Sequence record: DRR723986_6727
Reading direction: 5' to 3' (one strand)
DNA: 20,000 bases
Shown here: piece after piece, positions 1 through 8,022 of the stretch
Layout: each line of letters starts with the position of its first letter
How positions within the stretch are numbered: the first letter of the stretch is position 1
Made by a program: the position numbers and the translations under genes
The notes under the pieces: generated by a model
What the model was told of the DNA's origin: nothing
Database searches by the model: none
The model's input: only the letters and a program-made list of their open reading frames with translations

Positions 1-1015
1 ACCCATAGTATTTTTTACTTGAAGATTTTATTTCTTTATTAATAAAATTGAATCCTTCAGATGATCTTAATGAAGCGTATTCTAACATAATATTAAAAGT
101 AAAATTATATGCACTATCATGTCCAATTGTAATTCCAGTGAAATCTCCATTAATATTAATATTTCCAGCTTTTGAAGCCATTCGGTCAATTTTGATTGAT
201 CCATAATCTGCCTTTATATCAGCATTTTTAAACACATTACCTAAGCGTAATGTTAAATAATCGGCATTGCCTTCAATATTATTTACGTTGTCTACTTTTA
301 ATGAGCCATAATCGCAATTATAAAGTATGTTTTCTGAGGCTTCTACTATAGATTTAGTATAATCTGCATTGATCTCTAAATTTTTAGTTTTAGCCACGGT
401 AAAGCCACTATAATCTGCACTTATCTTGCCACTTTGTATATATTCAAAGTAACAGTTGCTACTATAGTCAAAGTTGATAACATTGTTATCTCCCATAAGT
501 TCTTTAGTGGTTATTTTACCATAATCGCAGTTTATTTTTGCAACGCCTTCTATCTTATCTAAATTAATGGCTCCGTAGTCGTTATTCAAAATAACACTGT
601 TTGTAATTGGCATTTTAACACGATAGTTAACTTCTATTTTTAATTTATTATTGTTTCCCCAGTTCCACCATGACTTTTTCTTTTTTCCAAACATAGTTTC
701 GGCAGCAACCCATTCTTTAGATGTTGAGAATTTTACATCGATTTCATTTAAACGGTCGTCTACTTTTTCAGAATTGTTTCCTGTCACTTTTATAGTAATA
801 TCGAATTCAATCCTATTTTCACTCCAGGTTACTATATCAATATTACCATAACTGTTATTGATTTTTAGGGTTGCATCAGAATTAACATCATAAGATTTTG
901 ATATCTTTTTTTCTTTTGTTTCTTTAATTACGCTATTATTAGAATTCGCTAATGCAATAAATGGCATTAACATTACTAACAACGCAACTTTAAATTGTAT
1001 TTTTAAATTCATCAT
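1..1015 (-). CDS. Secreted repeat protein (DUF4097/putative adhesin-like), truncated by the window's left edge; not in the ORF track
   Basis: Manual translation from ATG at 1015 (or 1012): MMNLKIQFKVALLVMLMPFIALANSNNSVIKETKEKKISKSYDVNSDATLKINNSYGNIDIVTWSENRIEFDITIKVTGN. It has a signal peptide and recurring N/D-x-D-Y-G/S beta-repeat motifs (NNDYG, NCDYG, NFDYS, SADYS, NADYT, NCDYG). The same frame reads sensibly at position 1. It overlaps the upstream gene by 26 bp. Confidence 0.8.
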   Translation of the reverse strand, partial: MMNLKIQFKVALLVMLMPFIALANSNNSVIKETKEKKISKSYDVNSDATLKINNSYGNIDIVTWSENRIEFDITIKVTGNNSEKVDDRLNEIDVKFSTSKEWVAAETMFGKKKKSWWNWGNNNKLKIEVNYRVKMPITNSVILNNDYGAINLDKIEGVAKINCDYGKITTKELMGDNNVINFDYSSNCYFEYIQSGKISADYSGFTVAKTKNLEINADYTKSIVEASENILYNCDYGSLKVDNVNNIEGNADYLTLRLGNVFKNADIKADYGSIKIDRMASKAGNININGDFTGITIGHDSAYNFTFNIMLEYASLRSSEGFNFINKEIKSSSKKYYG

Positions 1016-1553
1016 TGTTGGTTTTAAGTTGTTTAACATCTTCAATTTGTTCTAAAACAGTGTTTAAAATGTCTATTCTATTTTGAAAGTTTGTAATCAT
1101 AGCATAAATAACCCGCTGGTCATTACCACTTTCAGTTAAATCTTTTTTTAATTGTTGGTAATTAGTTTCTAATACTTCAATTTGTTTTAAAGCATCATTG
1201 ATTATACTTTCAGTTAAAGGTGAACGTTCATTGTTAAGTCTTTTTAATTCTGTCTGAATTGTAGTTGTAAAGAAATCTTGCGTTTCTGATAACTCTGGAG
1301 AAACACTTGCTAAATCTAAGGTCTCATCCGTATTAGGAATAGTTAAAAAAACAGCAAGTAAAACAATTACAGATGCAGCAATAGCAATAAATGGTCTCCA
1401 ATTAAAGATAGGTCTAGCAAATGCCATATCTGAAGTTGTCTTATTAGCCTTTAACTTGTTCAGAAATCTATGCTCATGACCGTCTTTTGGCTCATTTACA
1501 TCAAATTCACCTTTTAAATTATTAAATAGATCTTCTATAGTATCTTTTTGCAT
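990..1553 (-). CDS. Putative anti-sigma factor-like single-pass membrane protein
   Basis: Lies directly downstream of an ECF sigma. Short cytoplasmic N-terminus (EPKDGHEHRFLNKL), one TM helix (PFIAIAASVIVLLAVFL), helical/coiled-coil C-terminus. Confidence 0.7.
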   Translation of the reverse strand: MQKDTIEDLFNNLKGEFDVNEPKDGHEHRFLNKLKANKTTSDMAFARPIFNWRPFIAIAASVIVLLAVFLTIPNTDETLDLASVSPELSETQDFFTTTIQTELKRLNNERSPLTESIINDALKQIEVLETNYQQLKKDLTESGNDQRVIYAMITNFQNRIDILNTVLEQIEDVKQLKTNNDEFKNTI

Positions 1554-1564
1554 CGTTCTTGTAT

Positions 1565-2116
1565 TTATGCGTTTTGCATTAACTTTTTCCTTAAACTTTC
1601 CTTAGCTCTTGAGATTAATGTTCTACAATTTGCATACGTTATATTCATAATTTCACAAATCTCTTCATAGTCATAACCTTCAATAAGATGTAATGTTAAA
1701 CCTAAGCTATAATTTGGTTTTAGGGTTTTCATTACCTTCAATATCTCCTTAACTTTATCATTGGTATGATTACTTTCTTCAATGCCGTTATTATCCTCAG
1801 CTTTATAGAGTACATTTTCTAATGGCACCTCATTTTGCTTGGCTGCTTTATTATAGTAAGCAATACTATTGTTTACTACAATCCGTTTTAACCATGAGCC
1901 AAACACTTTAGTATCTTCTAAGGTATTAAGCTTAGTGAAAGCCGTTAAAAAAGACTCTTGCATTATGTCCTCAGCCTTATAAGAATCTTTAATAATTCTA
2001 ATCGCTGTATTATACATTGCTTTGTTATATCTGTTATAAACCTCTAATCTTGCACGGTGGTTTCCAGAATTACAGAGCAATAGTAACTGTTCGATATCTT
2101 GATTGGTTGATGTCAA
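1565..2116 (-). CDS. ECF-type RNA polymerase sigma-70 factor
   Basis: 183 aa, TTG start. Region 2 (AEDIMQESFLTAF...FGSWLKRIVVNNSI) and region 4 HTH (LHLIEGYDYEEICEIMNITYANCRTLISRAKESLRK). Confidence 0.95.
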   Translation of the reverse strand: MTSTNQDIEQLLLLCNSGNHRARLEVYNRYNKAMYNTAIRIIKDSYKAEDIMQESFLTAFTKLNTLEDTKVFGSWLKRIVVNNSIAYYNKAAKQNEVPLENVLYKAEDNNGIEESNHTNDKVKEILKVMKTLKPNYSLGLTLHLIEGYDYEEICEIMNITYANCRTLISRAKESLRKKLMQNA

Positions 2117-2138
2117 AAAAACAATTGTTTTGGTATAA

Positions 2139-2165
2139 AGATGAATAGAATCATTGAGTGTTACA
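2139..2165 (-). promoter_or_regulatory. Candidate autoregulatory ECF promoter
   Basis: Minus strand reads TGTAAC (2165-2160), a 16-nt spacer, then CATCT (2143-2139), 22 nt upstream of the sigma start. This fits the usual ECF -35 'AAC' / -10 'CGT/CATC' layout. Confidence 0.6.
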
Positions 2166-2203
2166 GTCTATCTAAAAAAAAGTTTTAAATTTTATATAGG
2201 TAA

Positions 2204-2218
2204 TGGCATAAGAATTGA
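2204..2218 (+). promoter_or_regulatory. Candidate sigma54-type (-24/-12) promoter for lon
   Basis: TGGCATAAGAATTGA = TGGCAY-N5-TTGA. The GG-N10 spacing is correct, but the -12 dinucleotide is GA rather than GC. Confidence 0.45.
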
Positions 2219-2345
2219 ATTTGTAGTGGTATGAATGACTTTGAATATATCATAAGTATCTGATATTCAGAATAAAGTTAATTATTAATACGTAAATAAA
2301 GAAACCAAACTGATCATTAAAATGACAGAATGGCTTAAAAATACT

Positions 2346-4799
2346 ATGAAGAAATCAAATTTTTTAAACCTTGACAGTTTGTCATTTCAGGATTTTGATG
2401 AAAATTCAGAATTAATTCCTTTAATGACACCTGAAGATGAAGAGTTAATAAATAATGAATCTTTACCCGAATCATTACCTATTTTACCACTTAGAAATAC
2501 TGTATTATTTCCAGGAGTTGTAATTCCTATTACTGCTGGTAGAGATACGTCTATAAAGCTCATTAATGATGCAAATAAAGGTGGTAAAGTCATAGGTGTT
2601 GTGGCTCAAAAAGATGAATCTGTTGAGAATCCTAAAGCTAACGATATTTATAAAACGGGTACTGTTGCACGTATTTTAAAAGTGCTTAAAATGCCAGATG
2701 GTAATACCACTGTAATTATACAAGGTAAAAAGCGTTTTAGAATCAATGAGATTACTGCCGAGAAACCATATTTTACAGCGATAATTTCTGATATACCTGA
2801 AGCAAAACCTGCTGCAGACAATCAAGAGTTTAAAGCTATAATAGACTCTATTAAGGATCTGTCTTTAGATATAATTAAAGAAAGTCCAAACATTCCTACA
2901 GAAGCAACATTTGCAATAAAAAATATTGAAAGCAATTCGTTTTTGGTAAACTTTGTGTCTTCTAACATGAACCTTAAGGTAGTTGAAAAACAATCACTTT
3001 TAAAGATTAATGATTTAAAGAAACGTGCGTTAGAGACCTTAAAATATATGAATCTGGAATATCAAAAACTTGAACTTAAAAATGATATTCAGAGTAAGGT
3101 TCAGAGCGATATGAACCAACAACAGCGTGAGTATTTCTTGCATCAGCAGATGAAAACCATTCAAGAAGAATTGGGTGGTGGCGTATCGTCTGGCCAAGAA
3201 ATTGAAGAAATGAAGGCAAGAGCTAAGGACAAAAATTGGGATGAAAAGGTCAAAGCTCATTTTGATAAGGAATTGGCTAAAATGCAACGAATGAATCCTC
3301 AGGTAGCAGAGTATTCTATCCAACGAAATTATTTGGATTTGTTCTTAGACTTACCTTGGAATGAATTTAGTGAAGATCAGTTTGACTTAAAGCGTGCAAA
3401 ACGAATTTTAGATAGAGACCATTTTGGTTTAGATGATGTTAAAAAACGTATTATTGAGTATTTAGCGGTTCTAAAATTGCGTAACGATATGAAATCACCA
3501 ATACTTTGCCTTTATGGCCCTCCAGGCGTTGGTAAAACATCGTTAGGCAAATCTATTGCAGAAGCATTAGGTAGAGAGTATGTAAGAATTTCTCTGGGAG
3601 GACTCAGAGACGAAGCAGAAATTCGTGGTCATAGAAAAACATATATTGGCGCAATGCCAGGTCGTATTATACAGAGTTTAAAGAAAGCAGGTACATCTAA
3701 TCCTGTTTTTGTACTTGACGAAATAGATAAATTATCATCTGGTCATCAAGGAGATCCTTCGTCAGCAATGTTAGAAGTTCTGGATCCAGAACAGAATAAC
3801 GAGTTTTATGATAATTTCCTTGAAATGGGTTATGACCTTTCTAAGGTAATGTTTATTGCAACTTCTAATAGTTTAAATACTATTCAACCTGCATTACGCG
3901 ATCGTATGGAAATAATCAATGTAACAGGCTATACTATTGAAGAAAAAGTAGAAATTGCCAAACGCCATTTATTGCCAAAGCAATTGAGTGAACATGGCTT
4001 AGATGAAAAAGCACTGAAAATTGGCAAATCTCAATTAGAGAAAATAGTTGAAGGATATACACGTGAATCTGGAGTTAGAGGTCTTGAAAAACAAATTGCA
4101 AAAATGGTGCGTTATGCTGCCAAGAATATTGCAATGGAAGAGGAATATAATATAAAAGTCTCAAATGAGGATGTTATTGAAGTTTTAGGAAGCCCTAGAT
4201 TAGAACGCGATAAATATGAAAACAATAATGTAGCCGGTGTGGTTACTGGTTTAGCCTGGACTAGAGTAGGAGGTGACATCTTATTTATAGAGTCTATTTT
4301 ATCAAAAGGTAAAGGCAATCTAACAATTACAGGAAACTTAGGGAAGGTTATGAAGGAATCTGCAACAATTGCAATGGAATATATCAAAGCAAATGCAGAT
4401 GAATTTGAAATTAATCCTGAAGTTTTTGAAAAGTATAATGTTCATATACATGTACCAGAAGGTGCGACACCAAAAGATGGGCCAAGTGCAGGTGTCACCA
4501 TGTTAACTTCTTTAGTGTCTTTATTCACACAACGTAGAGTGAAAAAGAGCTTAGCCATGACTGGTGAAATTACACTAAGAGGTAAAGTATTACCTGTGGG
4601 TGGTATTAAAGAAAAAATATTAGCCGCTAAGCGAGCTCGTATAAAAGAAATTTTACTTTGTGCGGATAATAAACGTGATATCGATGAAATAAAACCAGAG
4701 TATCTTAAAGGATTAACCTTTCATTATGTAAAAGATATGAGTGAAGTTTTAGATATTGCAATAACCAATCAAAAAGTAAAAAATGCAAAGAAACTTTAA
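2346..4799 (+). CDS. lon: ATP-dependent Lon protease (endopeptidase La)
   Basis: N-domain [14 protein letters not shown], Walker [10 protein letters not shown], Walker [10 protein letters not shown], catalytic Ser motif PKDGPSAG and Lys motif VGGIKEK. Likely start is ATG 2346 (actATG, A at -3); the ORF track starts at 2322. Confidence 0.98.
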   Translation: MKKSNFLNLDSLSFQDFDENSELIPLMTPEDEELINNESLPESLPILPLRNTVLFPGVVIPITAGRDTSIKLINDANKGGKVIGVVAQKDESVENPKANDIYKTGTVARILKVLKMPDGNTTVIIQGKKRFRINEITAEKPYFTAIISDIPEAKPAADNQEFKAIIDSIKDLSLDIIKESPNIPTEATFAIKNIESNSFLVNFVSSNMNLKVVEKQSLLKINDLKKRALETLKYMNLEYQKLELKNDIQSKVQSDMNQQQREYFLHQQMKTIQEELGGGVSSGQEIEEMKARAKDKNWDEKVKAHFDKELAKMQRMNPQVAEYSIQRNYLDLFLDLPWNEFSEDQFDLKRAKRILDRDHFGLDDVKKRIIEYLAVLKLRNDMKSPILCLYGPPGVGKTSLGKSIAEALGREYVRISLGGLRDEAEIRGHRKTYIGAMPGRIIQSLKKAGTSNPVFVLDEIDKLSSGHQGDPSSAMLEVLDPEQNNEFYDNFLEMGYDLSKVMFIATSNSLNTIQPALRDRMEIINVTGYTIEEKVEIAKRHLLPKQLSEHGLDEKALKIGKSQLEKIVEGYTRESGVRGLEKQIAKMVRYAAKNIAMEEEYNIKVSNEDVIEVLGSPRLERDKYENNNVAGVVTGLAWTRVGGDILFIESILSKGKGNLTITGNLGKVMKESATIAMEYIKANADEFEINPEVFEKYNVHIHVPEGATPKDGPSAGVTMLTSLVSLFTQRRVKKSLAMTGEITLRGKVLPVGGIKEKILAAKRARIKEILLCADNKRDIDEIKPEYLKGLTFHYVKDMSEVLDIAITNQKVKNAKKL

Positions 4800-5514
4800 A
4801 TTAGTGTTATCAATTGTAGTTGTTTTACTATCGGGTCTTTTGGCTTTTTCTCAAGAGGTAGAATATAAGGATGTTATTCTAGACGGTAAACCTGCAAAAT
4901 TAAATGTAGCTACTGGTGAAATTACACTTGTAAAACCTGAAAAAAAGAAAATAGTAATACAAGAAAATAAAGATCAAAGTACTGATACTACTGAAAGTTC
5001 TGACGATTACTATATTACAAAAGAAGGTGAAACACTTTTTGATATTGCTAAGCGATTTAAAGTAACGATGGCAGATTTAAAAAAGGCTAATAATCTTGAA
5101 ACTGCCTTATTTGATAGTGGACAAAAGTTAAGAGTTAAAAATTTAGATAAGCCAGTAGAAAAGGACACTATAAAAGCTTCTAAAAAGACTTTTGTGCCTA
5201 ATAATTCTGAATTTCATATTGTAAGTAAAGGTGAAACACTATATAGTATAGCCAAACAATATAATTTAGATTTAGCTGAATTAAAGTATAAGAATGATTT
5301 AAATTCTAACCTAATTAAGGTAGGATATAAACTACGAATCAAAAATTATAATTCTGCAAACGCAACATATGGCGATGCATATTGGATAGTTTCAAAAGGT
5401 GATACGCTATATAGTATAGCCAAGAAAAGTGGTACAACAGTAGATACTATTAAACAATTAAATGCTTTAAGTGATAATACAATTTATGTTGGTCAGAAGT
5501 TAAAGCTAAAATAG
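4783..5514 (+). CDS. Secreted protein with three LysM peptidoglycan-binding domains
   Basis: Signal peptide ending AFS-Q. LysM repeats [32 protein letters not shown] and [16 protein letters not shown]. No catalytic domain visible. Overlaps lon by 17 bp. Confidence 0.93.
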   Translation: MQRNFKLVLSIVVVLLSGLLAFSQEVEYKDVILDGKPAKLNVATGEITLVKPEKKKIVIQENKDQSTDTTESSDDYYITKEGETLFDIAKRFKVTMADLKKANNLETALFDSGQKLRVKNLDKPVEKDTIKASKKTFVPNNSEFHIVSKGETLYSIAKQYNLDLAELKYKNDLNSNLIKVGYKLRIKNYNSANATYGDAYWIVSKGDTLYSIAKKSGTTVDTIKQLNALSDNTIYVGQKLKLK

Positions 5515-5586
5515 AATTCTCTCTCTCTAAAAAATAAAAAATACATACTGTCGTTTTAAGATAGATTTAGTTATTTTGCAAAATCT

Positions 5587-6618
5587 ATGATTAGAAGGAT
5601 TACTACCTTATTTTTTTTGCTATTGGCTTTGCCATTGTTCGCGCAATTGGGTGGTGAATCTACCTATCAATTCCTAAATTTGGTGTCTTCACCAAGACAA
5701 GCCGCGCTTGGGGGTAAAGTTATTACTAATTTCGATCATGATGTTACAGATGCACTTTACAATCCGGCATCGATTAACTATCAAATGCACAATCAACTTG
5801 CGGTTAATTATTCTAGCTATTTAGGTGGTATTAGTTACGGTACAGCTGCATATGCTTATAATTGGGATAGACATGTGCAAACCTTACATGTGGGTATTAC
5901 TTATATTAATTATGGAACGTTTGATGGCTATGACGTCAATGGTGTTTCAACAGGAACTTTTACAGGAAACGAGGCAGCGTTATCTCTAGGGTACAATTAT
6001 AATATTCCATTTTCAGATTTTTATGTAGGTGCCAATATTAAAATTATTACGTCATTATTAGAGCAATACAATTCTGTGGGTGGTGCGTTAGATTTTGGTG
6101 TTATGTATATTAACGAGGATTTAGATTTTCATGCGGCATTAACGGTTAGAAATGTCGGAACACAATTTTCTACATATGCCGGACAAAATGAACCATTACC
6201 TTTAGAAGTTAACTTTGGTATGTCTCAAACCTTAGAAAATGTAGCTTTACGCTGGCATGTCACTTTAGAAAATTTACAGAAATGGCCAATTGGTGTTTCT
6301 AATCCTGCCAGAGCAACAACAGATTTAGATGGTAACCAAACTCAGGAAGAAGTTGGGTTTTTAAATAAAACATTACGTCATCTTATTTTAGGTGCAGAAT
6401 TTTTTCCAGAAGGTGCATTCAATGTAAGATTAGGTTATAATTTTAGAAGAGCAGAAGAATTAAGAATTGTAGACCAAAGAAACTTTTCAGGATTATCTGT
6501 TGGAATTGGAATTAAATTGAATAAAATGCGCTTCAGCTATACGCATGCGCGATATACAAGTGCTTCAAACACCAGCTTTTTTGGGCTTCAAATAGATTTA
6601 GATGGAAGGAGAAGATAA
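5587..6618 (+). CDS. porQ: Type IX secretion system outer-membrane beta-barrel protein PorQ
   Basis: Signal peptide LFA-Q, N-terminal GGESTYQFLNLVSSPRQAALGG and ALYNPASIN motifs of PorV/PorQ-type barrels, GYNFRRAEEL. The lon-porQ-cmk context is typical of Bacteroidota. Confidence 0.85.
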   Translation: MIRRITTLFFLLLALPLFAQLGGESTYQFLNLVSSPRQAALGGKVITNFDHDVTDALYNPASINYQMHNQLAVNYSSYLGGISYGTAAYAYNWDRHVQTLHVGITYINYGTFDGYDVNGVSTGTFTGNEAALSLGYNYNIPFSDFYVGANIKIITSLLEQYNSVGGALDFGVMYINEDLDFHAALTVRNVGTQFSTYAGQNEPLPLEVNFGMSQTLENVALRWHVTLENLQKWPIGVSNPARATTDLDGNQTQEEVGFLNKTLRHLILGAEFFPEGAFNVRLGYNFRRAEELRIVDQRNFSGLSVGIGIKLNKMRFSYTHARYTSASNTSFFGLQIDLDGRRR

Positions 6619-7315
6619 AAAAAGTTTAAAAAAAATAGTTATCGCTATAGATGGTTTTTCATCTACAGGTAAGAGTACTATTGCAAAGCAATTGGCTAAG
6701 CAACTGAATTATATATATGTTGATACTGGTGCTATGTACAGAGCAGTAACTTATTTTGCTCTTGATAATGACCTAATTTCAAAAAAGCATTTCGATTCAG
6801 AAGAATTAATAAGTCGTTTAGATGAGATTTCTATAAACTTTAAGTTTAATGATGTATTAGGATTTGCAGAGGTTTATTTAAATGGTAAGAATATTGAAGC
6901 GGATATTAGAACATTAAAGGTCTCTAAATTTGTAAGCCCAGTGGCAACTATATCAGAAGTACGTCAAAAATTAGTAGAGCAACAACAATTGATGGGCAAG
7001 GACAAAGGCATTGTCATGGATGGCAGAGATATAGGTACTGTGGTTTTTCCAGAGGCAGAATTGAAAATATTTATGACTGCTTCGGCTGAAACAAGAGCTA
7101 AACGTCGTTATAAAGAATTATTAGAGCGTGTTCATAATCTTAGTTACGATGATGTTCTTGAAAATGTAACTACAAGAGATCATATAGATTCTACACGCGA
7201 AGATTCTCCTTTGGTTAAGGCAAAAGATGCAATAGAGATTGACAATTCTGATTTAACAATAGAAGAGCAATTAGAAACCATAATTAATCTCGCAAAACAA
7301 ATAATAGATAAATAA
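6602..7315 (+). CDS. cmk: Cytidylate kinase
   Basis: IAIDGFSSTGKST P-loop, YVDTGAMYRA, VMDGRDIGTVVFPEAELKIF, RDHIDSTREDSPL. Overlaps porQ by 17 bp. Confidence 0.97.
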   Translation: MEGEDKKSLKKIVIAIDGFSSTGKSTIAKQLAKQLNYIYVDTGAMYRAVTYFALDNDLISKKHFDSEELISRLDEISINFKFNDVLGFAEVYLNGKNIEADIRTLKVSKFVSPVATISEVRQKLVEQQQLMGKDKGIVMDGRDIGTVVFPEAELKIFMTASAETRAKRRYKELLERVHNLSYDDVLENVTTRDHIDSTREDSPLVKAKDAIEIDNSDLTIEEQLETIINLAKQIIDK

Positions 7316-7348
7316 AAAAAGCGACCAATTTGGTCGCTTTTTTTATTT
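7310..7348. terminator. Bidirectional rho-independent terminator between cmk and the convergent LysM gene
   Basis: Perfect 19-bp inverted repeat AAATAAAAAAAGCGACCAA-T-TTGGTCGCTTTTTTTATTT, giving a U7 tail on both strands. Confidence 0.93.
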
Positions 7349-7361
7349 GTTTTAATCTTAA

Positions 7362-7738
7362 TTATAGATTAGGAATTACTAATTCCTGATCTGGATGAAT
7401 TAAATCCGGATTCTTTAAAATATCAGTATTAGCAGCAAAGATTTCTTTGTACTTCATCGCATCACCGTAATAGTGCTTTGCAATTTTACCTAAAGTTTCA
7501 CCTGAAGAAACTGTATGTCTTGCAAACACCGTATCGTCAGCAACTTTAATATCTGCCATTATAACTGTTGGCTCTGGTCCACCAATTTCTTTAATTTTAT
7601 CCCAAATCAAATTTTTCTCATATTGTGTAGCTGCAGTTCCCCATACTTTTAGTTTCCCATCAGCTTCTTCTACGTTTCCGTCTTGAATGTTTAATTTTCA
7701 CCTAGATCAAGTACATCTTGATATTTAGCTCTAACCAT
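7362..7738 (-). pseudogene. Small LysM protein (Kbp/YgaU-like: BON-like N-terminus plus C-terminal LysM) with a 1-bp frameshift; pseudogene or sequencing error
   Basis: ATG 7738 gives MVRAKYQDVLDLGEN-stop (TAA 7693-7691). Adding one A to the A4 run (plus-strand T 7695-7698) gives a continuous 125-aa ORF ...LGEKLNIQDGNVEEADGKLKVWGTAATQYEKNLIWDKIK...HTVSSGETLGKIAKHYYGDAMKYKEIFAANTDILKNPDLIHPDQELVIP. Confidence 0.85.
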
Positions 7739-7870
7739 AGTTGTAAATTTTTAATAATTAATAGTATAATAAAGATACCAATTTAAATGTCAATTTTTTA
7801 GTAAGAAGACATCATTTTGATATACTATTTATAAGACACAACAATTTTAATTAAGTCACATTGTTTATTA

Positions 7871-7902
7871 TTTGGTTTTCAAGATAATATATAGTACTTT
7901 TG
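7871..7902 (+). promoter_or_regulatory. Bacteroidota housekeeping (sigmaA) promoter for rpsA
   Basis: -33 TTTG (7871-7874), 20-nt spacer, -7 TACTTTTG (7895-7902); matches TTTG-N19-21-TAnnTTTG. Confidence 0.8.
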
Positions 7903-8022
7903 CAGACCTTTTGGCGATTTAAAGAAAACAAGAGGAAAACGTCAATTAAATCAAACACTTCTACAGCTAAAATCGCATAAATTTCTAGACAGTTAGTAGA
8001 ATACAAAATTTTAATCAGCACA

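Noticed and set aside
651..851. 66-aa plus-strand ORF
   Set aside because: Antisense shadow of the real minus-strand gene at 1-1015.
2387..4387. Minus-strand ORFs 2387-2593, 3039-3323 and 4112-4387
   Set aside because: Antisense to lon, with no recognisable motifs.
5571..5580. TTATTTTGCA upstream of porQ as an internal promoter
   Set aside because: Misses the TAnnTTTG consensus (TT instead of TA) and lacks a properly spaced TTTG. Possible, but not supportable.
5611..5618. T8 run in the porQ signal-peptide codons as a phase-variation switch
   Set aside because: Frame is intact. Phe/Leu-rich signal peptides in AT-rich genomes often contain such runs.
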